Source: Auanema rhodensis (lineage: Eukaryota > Animalia > Nematoda). Taken from it: DNA of 64,000 nucleotides. The stretch's first letter is position 1; each line of letters begins with the position of its first letter. The position numbers and the translations under genes are program-made. The stretch spans positions 1,984,001 through 2,048,000 of the forward strand of contig OZ059899.1 in assembly GCA_964057225.1 (NCBI GenBank). Direction: 5' to 3'. A model generated the notes under the pieces. The model had not been told where the DNA came from and did no database searches. It saw nothing but the letters and a program-made list of their open reading frames with translations. Of the stretch, positions 25,623 through 41,000 are shown one piece after another.

Positions 25623-28600
25623 ATGCGGATTTTTAAGCTGCGTCGATCTGTGTTATCAGATTTGCGCTAGCTTACAAATGCACCGAGATATCAACTGATA
25701 TAAGTTCACACTTATATCCTCGATTTTCACCCTGAAGAATTAATTTTTTCGTTGAATAACATTGTCCATCGTCTTTGCCTTGAAAAATGAAATCTAAAAA
25801 CATTTACTTTTTGCTAAATTATTTTGAAATTTTTCGAAAAAATTTTTGTCAAAATGTTTTTGGAAGCAATGTTGAGTGTACATGGAAACTCAACATACAC
25901 TAATGCATCATTTTTCAAACAATCATAACTAATTTGTGTATTAAGCGTTTCTCAATGTAGTATAGTGCATTCGATGCGGATTTTTAAGCTGCGTCGATCT
26001 GTGTGATCAGATTTGCGCTAGCTTAAAAATGCACCGAGATATCAACTGATATAAGTTCACACTTATATCCTCGATTTTCACCCTGAAGAATTGATTTTTT
26101 CGTTGAATAACATTGTCTATCGTCTTTGCCTTGAAAAATGAAATCTAAAAACATCTACTTTTTGCTAAATTATTTTGAAATTTTTCGAAAAAATTTTTGT
26201 CAAAATGTTTTTGGAAGCAATGTTGAGTGTACATGGAAACTCAACATACACTAATGCATCATTTTTCAAACAATCATAACTAATTTGTGTATTAAGCGTT
26301 TCTCAATGTAGTATAGTGCATTCGATGCGGATTTTTAAGCTGCGTCGATCTGTGTTATCAGATTTGCGCTAGCTTAAAAATGCACCGAGATATCAACTGA
26401 TATAAGTTCACACTTATATCCTCGATTTTCACCCTGAAGAATTGATTTTTTCGTTGAATAACATTGTCTATCGTCTTTGCCTTGAAAAATGGAATCTAAA
26501 AACATCTACTTTTTGCTAAATTATTTTGAAATTTTTCGAAAAAATTTTTGTCAAAATGTTTTTGGAAGCAATGTTGAGTGTACATGGAAACTCAACATAC
26601 ACTAATGCATCATTTTTCAAACAATCATAACTAATTTGTGTATCAAGCGTTTCTCAATGTAGTATAGTGCATTCGATGCGGATTTTTAAGCTGCGTCGAT
26701 CTGTGTTATCAGATTTGCGCTAGCTTAAAAATGCACCGAGATATCAACTGATATAAGTTCACACTTATATCCTCGATTTTCACCCTGAAGAATTGATTTT
26801 TTCGTTGAATAACATTGTCCATCGTCTTTGCCTTGAAAAATGAAATCTAAAAACATCTACTTTTTGCTAAATTATTTTGAAATTTTTCGAAAAAATTTTT
26901 GTCAAAATGTTTTTGGAAGCAATGTTAAGTGTACATGGAAACTCAACATACACTAATGCATCATTTTTCAAACGATCATAACTAATTTTTGTATTGAGCG
27001 TTTCTCAATGTAGTATAGTGCATTCGATGCGGATTTTTAAGCTGCGTCGATCTGTGTTATCAGATTTGCGCTAGCTTAAAAATGCACCGAGATATCAACT
27101 GATATAAGTTCACACTTATATCCTCGATTTTCACCCTGAAGAATTAATTTTTTCGTTGAATAACATTGTCCATCGTCTTTGCCTTGAAAAATGAAATCTA
27201 AAAACATTTACTTTTTGCTAAATTATTTTGAAATTTTTCGAAAAAATTTTTGTCAAAATGTTTTTGGAAGCAATGTTGAGTGTACATGGAAACTCAACAT
27301 ACACTAATGCATCATTTTTCAAACAATCATAACTAATTTGTGTATCAAGCGTGTCTCAATGTAGTATAGTGCATTCGATGCGGATTTTTAAGCTGCGTCG
27401 ATCTGTGTTATCAGATTTGCGCTAGCTTAAAAATGCACCGAGATATCAACTGATATAAGTTCACACTTATATCCTCGATTTTCACCCTGAAGAATTGATT
27501 TTTTCGTTGAATAACATTGTCCATCGTCTTTGCCTTGAAAAATGAAATCTAAAAACATCTACTTTTTGCTAAATTATTTTGAAATTTTTCGAAAAAATTT
27601 TTGTCAAAATGTTTTTGGAAGCAATGTTAAGTGTACATGGAAACTCAACATACACTAATGCATCATTTTTCAAACGATCATAACTAATTTTTGTATTGAG
27701 CGTTTCTCAATGTAGTATAGTGCATTCGATGCGGATTTTTAAGCTGCGTCGATCTGTGTTATCAGATTTGCGCTAGCTTACAAATGCACCGAGATATCAA
27801 CTGATATAAGTTCACACTTATATCCTCGATTTTCACCCTGAAGAATTAATTTTTTCGTTGAATAACATTGTCCATCGTCTTTGCCTTGAAAAATGAAATC
27901 TAAAAACATTTACTTTTTGCTAAATTATTTTGAAATTTTTCGAAAAAATTTTTGTCAAAATGTTTTTGGAAGCAATGTTGAGTGTACATGGAAACTCAAC
28001 ATACACTAATGCATCATTTTTCAAACAATCATAACTAATTTGTGTATCAAGCGTGTCTCAATGTAGTATAGTGCATTCGATGCGGATTTTTAAGCTGCGT
28101 CGATCTGTGTTATCAGATTTGCGCTAGCTTAAAAATGCACCGAGATATCAACTGATATAAGTTCACACTTATATCCTCGATTTTCACCCTGAAGAATTGA
28201 TTTTTTCGTTGAATAACATTGTCCATCGTCTTTGCCTTGAAAAATGAAATCTAAAAACATCTACTTTTTGCTAAATTATTTTGAAATTTTTCGAAAAAAT
28301 TTTTGTCAAAATGTTTTTGGAAGCAATGTTAAGTGTACATGGAAACTCAACATACACTAATGCATCATTTTTCAAACGATCATAACTAATTTTTGTATTG
28401 AGCGTTTCTCAATGTAGTATAGTGCATTCGATGCGGATTTTTAAGCTGCGTCGATCTGTGTTATCAGATTTGCGCTAGCTTAAAAATGCACCGAGATATC
28501 AACTGATATAAGTTCACACTTATATCCTCGATTTTCACCCTGAAGAATTGATTTTTTCGTTGAATAACATTGTCCATCGTCTTTGCTTTGAAAAATGAAA

Positions 28601-31600
28601 TCTAAAAACATCTACTTTTTGCTAAATTATTTTGAAATTTTTCGAAAAAATTTTTGTCAAAATGTTTTTGGAAGCAATGTTGAGTGTACATGGAAACTCA
28701 ACATACACTAATGCATCATTTTTCAAACAATCATAACTAATTTGTGTATTAAACGTTTCTCAATGTAGTATAGTGCATTCGATGCGGATTTTTAAGCTGC
28801 GTCGATCTGTGTTATCAGATTTGCGCTAGCTTAAAAATGCACCGAGATATCAACTGATATAAGTTCACACTTATATCCTCGATTTTCACCCTGAAGAATT
28901 GATTTTTTCGTTGAATAACATTGTCCATTGTCTTTGCTTTGAAAAATGAAATCTAAAAACATCTACTTTTTGCTAAATTATTTTGAAATTTTTCGAAAAA
29001 ATTTTTGTCAAAATGTTTTTGGAAGCAATGTTGAGTGTACATGGAAACTCAACATACACTAATGCATCATTTTTCAAACGATCATAACTAATTTTTGTAT
29101 CAAGCGTTTCTCAACGTAGTATAGTGCATTCGATGCGGATTTTTAAGCTGCGTCGATCTGTGTTATCAGATTTGCGCTAGCTTAAAAATGCACCGAGATA
29201 TCAACTGATATAAGTTCACACTTATATCCTCGATTTTCACCCTGAAGAATTGATTTTTTCGTTGAATAACATTGTCCATCGTCTTTGCTTTGAAAAATGA
29301 AATCTAAAAACATCTACTTTTTGCTAAATTATTTTGAAATTTTTCGAAAAAATTTTTGTCAAAATGTTTTTGGAAGCAATGTTGAGTGTACATGGAAACT
29401 CAACATACACTAATGCATCATTTTTCAAACAATCATAACTAATTTGTGTATTAAACGTTTCTCAATGTAGTATAGTGCATTCGATGCGGATTTTTAAGCT
29501 GCGTCGATCTGTGTTATCAGATTTGCGCTAGCTTAAAAATGCACCGAGATATCAACTGATATAAGTTCACACTTATATCCTCGATTTTCACCCTGAAGAA
29601 TTGATTTTTTCGTTGAATAACATTGTCCATTGTCTTTGCTTTGGAAAATGAAATCTAAAAACATCTACTTTTTGCTAAATTATTTTGAAATTTTTCGAAA
29701 AAATTTTTGTCAAAATGTTTTTGGAAGCAATGTTGAGTGTACATGGAAACTCAACATACACTAATGCATCATTTTTCAAACGATCATAACTAATTTTTGT
29801 ATCAAGCGTTTCTCAACGTAGTATAGTGCATTCGATGCGGATTTTTAAGCTGCGTCGATCTGTGTTATCAGATTTGCGCTAGCTTAAAAATGCACCGAGA
29901 TATCAACTGATATAAGTTCACACTTATATCCTCGATTTTCACCCTGAAGAATTAATTTTTTCGTTGAATAACATTGTCCATCGTCTTTGCCTTGAAAAAT
30001 GGAATCTTAAAACATCTACTTTTTGCTAAATTATTTTGAAATTTTTCGAAAAAATTTTTGTCAAAATGTTTTTGGAAGCAATGTTGAGTGTACATGGAAA
30101 CTCAACATACACTAATGCATCATTTTTCAAACAATCATAACTAATTTGTGTATCAAGCGTTTCTCAATGTAGTATAGTGCATTCGATGCGGATTTTTAAG
30201 CTGCGTCGATCTGTGTTATCAGATTTGCGCTAGCTTACAAATGCACCGTGATATCAACTGATATAAGTTCACACTTATATCCTCGATTTTCACCCTGAAG
30301 AATTAATTTTTTCGTTGAATAACATTGTCCATCGTCTTTGCCTTGAAAAATGAAATCTAAAAACATTTACTTTTTGCTAAATTATTTTGAAATTTTTCGA
30401 AAAAATTTTTGTCAAAATGTTTTTGGAAGCAATGTTGAGTGTACATGGAAACTCAACATACACTAATGCATCATTTTTCAAACAATCATAACTAATTTGT
30501 GTATCAAGCGTTTCTCAATGTAGTATAGTGCATTCGATGCGGATTTTTAAGCTGCGTCGATCTGTGTTATCAGATTTGCGCTAGCTTAAAAATGCACCGA
30601 GATATCAACTGATATAAGTTCACACTTATATCCTCGATTTTCACCCTGAAGAATTGATTTTTTCGTTGAATAACATTGTCTATCGTCTTTGCCTTGAAAA
30701 ATGAAATCTAAAAACATCTACTTTTTGCTAAATTATTTTGAAATTTTTCGAAAAAATTTTTGTCAAAATGTTTTTGGAAGCAATGTTGAGTGTACATGGA
30801 AACTCAACATACACTAATGCATCATTTTTCAAACAATCATAACTAATTTGTGTATTAAGCGTTTCTCAATGTAGTATAGTGCATTCGATGCGGATTTTTA
30901 AGCTGCGTCGATCTGTGTTATCAGATTTGCGCTAGCTTAAAAATGCACCGAGATATCAACTGATATAAGTTCACACTTATATCCTCGATTTTCACCCTGA
31001 AGAATTGATTTTTTCGTTGAATAACATTGTCTATCGTCTTTGCCTTGAAAAATGGAATCTAAAAACATCTACTTTTTGCTAAATTATTTTGAAATTTTTC
31101 GAAAAAATTTTTGTCAAAATGTTTTTGGAAGCAATGTTGAGTGTACATGGAAACTCAACATACACTAATGCATCATTTTTCAAACAATCATAACTAATTT
31201 GTGTATCAAGCGTTTCTCAATGTAGTATAGTGCATTCGATGCGGATTTTTAAGCTGCGTCGATCTGTGTTATCAGATTTGCGCTAGCTTAAAAATGCACC
31301 GAGATATCAACTGATATAAGTTCACACTTATATCCTCGATTTTCACCCTGAAGAATTGATTTTTTCGTTGAATAACATTGTCCATCGTCTTTGCCTTGAA
31401 AAATGAAATCTAAAAACATCTACTTTTTGCTAAATTATTTTGAAATTTTTCGAAAAAATTTTTGTCAAAATGTTTTTGGAAGCAATGTTAAGTGTACATG
31501 GAAACTCAACATACACTAATGCATCATTTTTCAAACGATCATAACTAATTTTTGTATTGAGCGTTTCTCAATGTAGTATAGTGCATTCGATGCGGATTTT

Positions 31601-32642
31601 TAAGCTGCGTCGATCTGTGTTATCAGATTTGCGCTAGCTTAAAAATGCACCGAGATATCAACTGATATAAGTTCACACTTATATCCTCGATTTTCACCCT
31701 GAAGAATTAATTTTTTCGTTGAATAACATTGTCCATCGTCTTTGCCTTGAAAAATGAAATCTAAAAACATTTACTTTTTGCTAAATTATTTTGAAATTTT
31801 TCGAAAAAATTTTTGTCAAAATGTTTTTGGAAGCAATGTTGAGTGTACATGGAAACTCAACATACACTAATGCATCATTTTTCAAACAATCATAACTAAT
31901 TTGTGTATCAAGCGTGTCTCAATGTAGTATAGTGCATTCGATGCGGATTTTTAAGCTGCGTCGATCTGTGTTATCAGATTTGCGCTAGCTTAAAAATGCA
32001 CCGAGATATCAACTGATATAAGTTCACACTTATATCCTCGATTTTCACCCTGAAGAATTGATTTTTTCGTTGAATAACATTGTCCATCGTCTTTGCCTTG
32101 AAAAATGAAATCTAAAAACATCTACTTTTTGCTAAATTATTTTGAAATTTTTCGAAAAAATTTTTGTCAAAATGTTTTTGGAAGCAATGTTAAGTGTACA
32201 TGGAAACTCAACATACACTAATGCATCATTTTTCAAACGATCATAACTAATTTTTGTATTGAGCGTTTCTCAATGTAGTATAGTGCATTCGATGCGGATT
32301 TTTAAGCTGCGTCGATCTGTGTTATCAGATTTGCGCTAGCTTACAAATGCACCGAGATATCAACTGATATAAGTTCACACTTATATCCTCGATTTTCACC
32401 CTGAAGAATTAATTTTTTCGTTGAATAACATTGTCCATCGTCTTTGCCTTGAAAAATGAAATCTAAAAACATTTACTTTTTGCTAAATTATTTTGAAATT
32501 TTTCGAAAAAATTTTTGTCAAAATGTTTTTGGAAGCAATGTTGAGTGTACATGGAAACTCAACATACACTAATGCATCATTTTTCAAACAATCATAACTA
32601 ATTTTTGTATCAAGCGTGTCTCAATGTAGTATAGTGCATTCG
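24921..32642 (+). repeat. Nine-monomer block M72-M80 (24921-28079) repeated as M85-M93 (29484-32642), 13-monomer offset
   Basis: Ordered markers in both copies: CCATTG, ATCTTA, TTACAA, GTCT-TGA, GTCT-TGG, GTTAAG, CATTT+GTGTCT, GTTAAG, TTACAA+GTGTCT. Confidence 0.8.
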
Positions 32643-35099
32643 ATGCGGATTTTTAAGCTGCGTCGATCTGTGTTATCAGATTTGCGCTAGCTTAAAAATG
32701 CACCGAGATATCAACTGATATAAGTTCACACTTATATCCTCGATTTTCACCCTGAAGAATTGATTTTTTCGTTGAATAACATTGTCCATCGTCTTTGCTT
32801 TGAAAAATGAAATCTAAAAACATCTACTTTTTGCTAAATTATTTTGAAATTTTTCGAAAAAATTTTTGTCAAAATGTTTTTGGAAGCAATGTTGAGTGTA
32901 CATGGAAACTCAACATACACTAATGCATCATTTTTCAAACAATCATAACTAATTTGTGTATTAAGCGTTTCTCAATGTAGTATAGTGCATTCGATGCGGA
33001 TTTTTAAGCTGCGTCGATCTGTGTGATCAGATTTGCGCTAGCTTAAAAATGCACCGAGATATCAACTGATATAAGTTCACACTTATATCCTCGATTTTCA
33101 CCCTGAAGAATTAATTTTTTCGTTGAATAACATTGTCTATCGTCTTTGCCTTGAAAAATGGAATCTAAAAACATTTACTTTTTGCTAAATTATTTTGAAA
33201 TTTTTCGAAAAAATTTTTGTCAAAATGTTTTTGGAAGCAATGTTGAGTGTACATGGAAACTCAACATACACTAATGCATCATTTTTCAAACAATCATAAC
33301 TAATTTGTGTATTAAGCGTTTCTCAACGTAGTATAGTGCATTCGATGCGGATTTTTAAGCTGCGTCGATCTGTGTGATCAGATTTGCGCTAGCTTAAAAA
33401 TGCACCGAGATATCAACTGATATAAGTTCACACTTATATCCTCGATTTTCACCCTGAAGAATTGATTTTTTCGTTGAATAACATTGTCCATCGTCTTTGC
33501 TTTGAAAAATGAAATCTAAAAACATCTACTTTTTGCTAAATTATTTTGAAATTTTTCGAAAAAATTTTTGTCAAAATGTTTTTGGAAGCAATGTTGAGTG
33601 TACATGGAAACTCAACATACACTAATGCATCATTTTTCAAACAATCATAACTAATTTGTGTATTAAGCGTTTCTCAATGTAGTATAGTGCATTCGATGCG
33701 GATTTTTAAGCTGCGTCGATCTGTGTGATCAGATTTGCGCTAGCTTAAAAATGCACCGAGATATCAACTGATATAAGTTCACACTTATATCCTCGATTTT
33801 CACCCTGAAGAATTGATTTTTTCGTTGAATAACATTGTCTATCGTCTTTGCCTTGAAAAATGGAATCTAAAAACATCTACTTTTTGCTAAATTATTTTGA
33901 AATTTTTCGAAAAAATTTTTGTCAAAATGTTTTTGGAAGCAATGTTGAGTGTACATGGAAACTCAACATACACTAATGCATCATTTTTCAAACAATCATA
34001 ACTAATTTGTGTATTAAGCGTTTCTCAATGTAGTATAGTGCATTCGATGCGGATTTTTAAGCTGCGTCGATCTGTGTGATCAGATTTGCGCTAGCTTAAA
34101 AATGCACCGAGATATCAACTGATATAAGTTCACACTTATATCCTCGATTTTCACCCTGAAGAATTGATTTTTTCGTTGAATAACATTGTCTATCGTCTTT
34201 GCCTTGAAAAATGAAATCTAAAAACATCTACTTTTTGCTAAATTATTTTGAAATTTTTCGAAAAAATTTTTGTCAAAATGTTTTTGGAAGCAATGTTGAG
34301 TGTACATGGAAACTCAACATACACTAATGCATCATTTTTCAAACAATCATAACTAATTTGTGTATTAAGCGTTTCTCAATGTAGTATAGTGCATTCGATG
34401 CGGATTTTTAAGCTGCGTCGATCTGTGTGATCAGATTTGCGCTAGCTTAAAAATGCACCGAGATATCAACTGATATAAGTTCACACTTATATCCTCGATT
34501 TTCACCCTGAAGAATTGATTTTTTCGTTGAATAACATTGTCTATCGTCTTTGCCTTGAAAAATGGAATCTAAAAACATCTACTTTTTGCTAAATTATTTT
34601 GAAATTTTTCGAAAAAATTTTTGTCAAAATGTTTTTGGAAGCAATGTTGAGTGTACATGGAAACTCAACATACACTAATGCATCATTTTTCAAACAATCA
34701 TAACTAATTTGTGTATTAAGCGTTTCTCAATGTAGTATAGTGCATTCGATGCGGATTTTTAAGCTGCGTCGATCTGTGTGATCAGATTTGCGCTAGCTTA
34801 AAAATGCACCGAGATATCAACTGATATAAGTTCACACTTATATCCTCGATTTTCACCCTGAAGAATTGATTTTTTCGTTGAATAACATTGTCTATCGTCT
34901 TTGCCTTGAAAAATGAAATCTAAAAACATCTACTTTTTGCTAAATTATTTTGAAATTTTTCGAAAAAATTTTTGTCAAAATGTTTTTGGAAGCAATGTTG
35001 AGTGTACATGGAAACTCAACATACACTAATGCATCATTTTTCAAACAATCATAACTAATTTGTGTATTAAGCGTTTCTCAATGTAGTATAGTGCATTCG

Positions 35100-38000
35100 A
35101 TGCGGATTTTTAAGCTGCGTCGATCTGTGTTATCAGATTTGCGCTAGCTTAAAAATGCACCGAGATATCAACTGATATAAGTTCACACTTATATCCTCGA
35201 TTTTCACCCTGAAGAATTAATTTTTTCGTTGAATAACATTGTCCATCGTCTTTGCCTCGAAAAATGGAATCTAAAAACATCTACTTTTTGCTAAATTATT
35301 TTGAAATTTTTCGAAAAAATTTTTGTCAAAATGTTTTTGGAAGCAATGTTGAGTGTACATGGAAATTCAACATACACTAATGCATCATTTTTCAAACAAT
35401 CATAACTAATTTGTGTATTAAGCGTTTCTCAATGTAGTATAGTGCATTCGATGCGGATTTTTAAGCTGCGTCGATCTGTGTTATCAGATTTGCGCTAGCT
35501 TAAAAATGCACCGAGATATCAACTGATATAAGTTCACACTTATATCCTCGATTTTCACCCTGAAGAATTGATTTTTTCGTTGAATAACATTGTCTATCGT
35601 CTTTGCCTTGAAAAATGGAATCTAAAAACATCTACTTTTTGCTAAATTATTTTGAAATTTTTCGAAAACATTTTTGTCAAAATGTTTTTGGAAGCAATGT
35701 TGAGTGTACATGGAAACTCAACATACACTAATGCATCATTTTTCAAACGATCATAACTAATTTTTGTATCAAGCGTTTCTCGATGTAGTATAGTGCATTC
35801 GATGCGGATTTTTAAGCTGCGTCGATCTGTGTTATCAGATTTGCGCTAGCTTAAAAATGCACCGAGATATCAACTGATATAAGTTCACACTTATATCCTC
35901 GATTTTCACCCTGAAGAAATAATTTTTTCGTTGAATAACATTGTCCATCGTCTTTGCCTTGAAAAAAGGAATCTAAAAACATCTACTTTTTGCTAAATTA
36001 TTTTGAAATTTTTCGAAACAATTTTTGTCAAAATGTTTTTGGAAGCAATGTTGAGTGTACATGGAAATTCAACATACACTAATGCATCATTTTTCAAACA
36101 ATCATAACTAATTTGTGTATTAAGCGTTTCTCAATGTAGTATAGTGCATTCGATGCGGATTTTTAAGCTGCGTCGATCTGTGTTATCAGATTTGCGCTAG
36201 CTTAAAAATGCACCGAGATATCAACTGATATAAGTTCACACTTATATCCTCGATTTTCACCCTGAAGAATTGATTTTTTCGTTGAATAACATTGTCTATC
36301 GTCTTTGCCTTGAAAAATGGAATCTAAAAACATCTACTTTTTGCTAAATTATTTTGAAATTTTTCGAAAACATTTTTGTCAAAATGTTTTTGGAAGCAAT
36401 GTTGAGTGTACATGGAAACTCAACATACACTAATGCATCATTTTTCAAACGATCATAACTAATTTTTGTATCAAGCGTTTCTCGATGTAGTATAGTGCAT
36501 TCGATGCGGATTTTTAAGCTGCGTCGATCTGTGTTATCAGATTTGCGCTAGCTTAAAAATGCACCGAGATATCAACTGATATAAGTTCACACTTATATCC
36601 TCGATTTTCACCCTGAAGAAATAATTTTTTCGTTGAATAACATTGTCCATCGTCTTTGCCTTGAAAAAAGGAATCTAAAAACATCTACTTTTTGCTAAAT
36701 TATTTTGAAATTTTTCGAAAAAATTTTTGTCAAAATGTTTTTGGAAACAATGTTGAGTGTACATGGAAACTCAACATACACTAATGCATCATTTTTCAAA
36801 CGATCATAACTAATTTTTGTATTAAGCGTTTCTCAATGTAGTATAGTGCATTCGATGCGGATTTTTTAGCTGCGTCGATCAGTGTTATCAAATTTGCGCT
36901 AGCTTAAAAATGCACCGAGATATCAACTGATATAAGTTCACACTTATATCCTCGATTTTCACCCTGAAGAATTAATTTTTTCGTTGAATAACATTGTCCA
37001 TCGTCTTTGCCTTGAAAAATGGAATCTAAAAACATCTACTTTTTGCTAAATTATTTTGAAATTTTTCGAAAAAATTTTTGTCAAAATGTTTTTGGAAGCA
37101 ATGTTGAGTGTACATGGAAACTCAACATACACTAATGCATCATTTTTCAAACGATCATAACTAATTTTTGTATCAAGCGTTTCTCGATGTAGTATAGTGC
37201 ATTCGATACGGATTTTTAAGCTGCGTCGATCTGTGTTATCAGATTTGCGCTAGCTTAAAAATGCACCGAGATATCAACTGATATAAGTTCACACTTATAT
37301 CCTCGATTTTCACCCTGAAGAATTAATTTTTTCGTTGAATAACATTGTCCATCGTCTTTGCCTTGAAAAATGGAATCTAAAAACATCTTTTTTTTTGCTA
37401 AATTATTTTGAAATTTCTCGAAAAAATTTTTGTCAAAATGTTTTTGGAAGCAATGTTGAGTGTACATGGAAACTCAACATACACTAATGCATCATTTTTC
37501 AAACAATCATAACTAATTTGTGTATTAAGCGTTTCTCAATGTAGTATAGTGCATTCGATGCGGATTTTTAAGCTGCGTCGATCTGTGTTATCAGATTTGC
37601 GCTAGCTTAAAAATGCACCGAGATATCAACTGATATAAGTTCACACTTATATCCTCGATTTTCACCCTGAAGAATTGATTTTTTCGTTGAATAACATTGT
37701 CTATCGTCTTTGCCTTGAAAAATGGAATCTAAAAACATCTACTTTTTGCTAAATTATTTTGAAATTTTTCAAAAAAATTTTTGTCAAAATGTTTTTGGAA
37801 GCAATGTTGAGTGTACATGGAAACTCAACATACACTAATGCATCATTTTTCAAACGATCATAACTAATTTTTGTATCAAGCGTTTCTCGATGTAGTATAG
37901 TGCATTCGATGCGGATTTTTAAGCTGCGTCGATCTGTGTTATCAGATTTGCGCTAGCTTAAAAATGCACCGAGATATCAACTGATATAAGTTCACACTTA

Positions 38001-41000
38001 TATCCTCGATTTTCACCCTGAAGAATTAATTTTTTCGTTGAATAACATTGTCCATCGTCTTTGCCTTGAAAAATGGAATCTAAAAACATCTACTTTTTTC
38101 TAAATTATTTTGAAATTTTTCGAAAAAATTTTTGTCAAAATGTTTTTGGAAGCAATGTTGAGTGTACATGGAAACTCAACATACACTAATGCATCATTTT
38201 TCAAACGATCATAACTAATTTTTGTATCAAGCGTTTCTCGATGTAGTATAGTGCATTCGATACGGATTTTTAAGCTGCGTCGATCTGTGTTATCAGATTT
38301 GCGCTAGCTTAAAAATGCACCGAGATATCAACTGATATAAGTTCACACTTATATCCTCGATTTTCACCCTGAAGAATTAATTTTTTCGTTGAATAACATT
38401 GTCCATCGTCTTTGCCTTGAAAATGGAATCTAAAAACATCTTTTTTTTTGCTAAATTATTTTGAAATTTCTCGAAAAAATTTTTGTCAAAATGTTTTTGG
38501 AAGCAATGTTGAGTGTACATGGAAACTCAACATACACTAATGCATCATTTTTCAAACAATCATAACTATTTTGTGTATTAAGCGTTTCTCAATGTAGTAT
38601 AGTGCATTCGATGCGGATTTTTAAGCTGCGTCGATCTGTGTTATCAGATTTGCGCTAGCTTAAAAATGCACCGAGATATCAACTGATATAAGTTCACACT
38701 TATATCCTCGATTTTCAAATTGAAGAATTGATTTTTTCGTTAAATAACATTGTCTATCGTCTTTGCCTTGAAAAATGGAATCTAAAAACATCTACTTTTT
38801 GCTAAATTATTTTGAAATTTTTCGAAAAAATTTTTGTCAAAATGTTTTTGGAAGCAATGTTGAGTGTACATGGAAACTCAACATACACTAATGCATCATT
38901 TTTCAAACGATCATAACTAATTTTTGTATCAAGCGTTTCTCGATGTAGTATAGTGCATTCGATGCGGATTTTTAAGCTGCGTCGATCTGTGTTATCAGAT
39001 TTGCGCTAGCTTAAAAATGCACCGAGATATCAACTGATATAAGTTCACACTTATATCCTCGATTTTCACCCTGAAGAATTAATTTTTTCGTTGAATAACA
39101 TTGTCCATCGTCTTTGCCTCGAAAAATGGAATCTAAAAACATCTACTTTTTGCTAAATTATTTTGAAATTTTTCGAAAAAATTTTTGTCAAAATGTTTTT
39201 GGAAGCAATGTTGAGTGTACATGGAAATTCAACATACACTAATGCATCATTTTTCAAACAATCATAACTAATTTGTGTATTAAGCGTTTCTCAATGTAGT
39301 ATAGTGCATTCGATGCGGATTTTTAAGCTGCGTCGATCTGTGTTATCAGATTTGCGCTAGCTTAAAAATGCACCGAGATATCAACTGATATAAGTTCACA
39401 CTTATATCCTCGATTTTCACCCTGAAGAATTGATTTTTTCGTTGAATAACATTGTCTATCGTCTTTGCCTTGAAAAATGGAATCTAAAAACATCTACTTT
39501 TTGCTAAATTATTTTGAAATTTTTCGAAAACATTTTTGTCAAAATGTTTTTGGAAGCAATGTTGAGTGTACATGGAAACTCAACATACACTAATGCATCA
39601 TTTTTCAAACGATCATAACTAATTTTTGTATCAAGCGTTTCTCGATGTAGTATAGTGCATTCGATGCGGATTTTTAAGCTGCGTCGATCTGTGTTATCAG
39701 ATTTGCGCTAGCTTAAAAATGCACCGAGATATCAACTGATATAAGTTCACACTTATATCCTCGATTTTCACCCTGAAGAATTAATTTTTTCGTTGAATTA
39801 CATTGTCCATCGTCTTTGCCTTGAAAAATGGAATCTAAAAACATCTACTTTTTGCTAAATTATTCTGAAATTTTTCGAAAAAATTTTTTTGTTAAAATGT
39901 TTTTGGAAGCAATGTTGAGTGTACATGGAAACTCAACATACACTAATGCATCATTTTTCAAACAATCATAACTAATTTGTGTATTAAGCGTTTCTCAATG
40001 TAGTATAGTGCATTCGATGCGGACTTTTAAGCTGCGTCGATCTGTGTGATCAGATTTGCGCTAGCTTAAAAATGCACCGAGATATCAACTGATATAAGTT
40101 CACACTTATATCCTCGATTTTCACCCTGAAGAATTGATTTTTTCGTTGAATAACATTGTCTATCGTCTTTGCCTTGAAAAATGGAATCTAAAAACATCTA
40201 CTTTTTGCTAAATTATTTTGAAATTTTTCGAAAAAATTTTTGTCAAAATGTTTTTGGAAGCAATGTTGAGTGTACATGGAAACTCAACATACACTAATGC
40301 ATCATTTTTCAAACGATCATAACTAATTTTTGTATCAAGCGTTTCTCGATGTAGTATAGTGCATTCGATGCGGATTTTTAAGCTGCGTCGATCTGTGTTA
40401 TCAGATTTGCGCTAGCTTATAAATGCACCGAGATATCAACTGATATAAGTTCACACTTATATCCTCGATTTTCACCCTGAAGAATTAATTTTTTCGTTGA
40501 ATTACATTGTCCATCGTCTTTGCCTTGAAAAATGGAATCTAAAAACATCTACTTTTTGCTAAATTATTTTGAAATTTTTCGAAAAAATTTTTGTCAAAAT
40601 GTTTTTGGAAGCAATGTTGAGTGTACATGGAAACTCAACATACAATAATGCATCATTTTTCAAACAATCATAACTAATTTGTGTATTAAGCGTTTCTCAA
40701 TGTAGTATAGTGCATTCGATGCGGACTTTTAAGCTGCGTCGATCTGTGTGATCAGATTTGCGCTAGCTTAAAAATGCACCGAGATATCAACTGATATAAG
40801 TTCACACTTATATCCTCGATTTTCACCCTGAAGAATTGATTTTTTCGTTGAATAACATTGTCTATCGTCTTCGCCTTGAAAAATGGAATCTAAAAACATC
40901 TACTTTTTGCTAAATTATTTTGAAATTTTTCGAAAAAATTTTTGTCAAAATGTTTTTGGAAGCAATGTTGAGTGTACATGGAAACTCAACATACACTAAT

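Noticed and set aside
37255-37467. 70-aa minus-strand ORF (MYTQHCFQKH...)
   Set aside because: It exists only in M107, where CATCTACTTTTTG became CATC(T)9G. This removes a minus-strand TAG and shifts the frame by 1. Other monomers lack the ORF, and M110 has the same T-run but loses the frame through a nearby 1-bp deletion. It is a low-complexity F/K-rich translation of satellite DNA.
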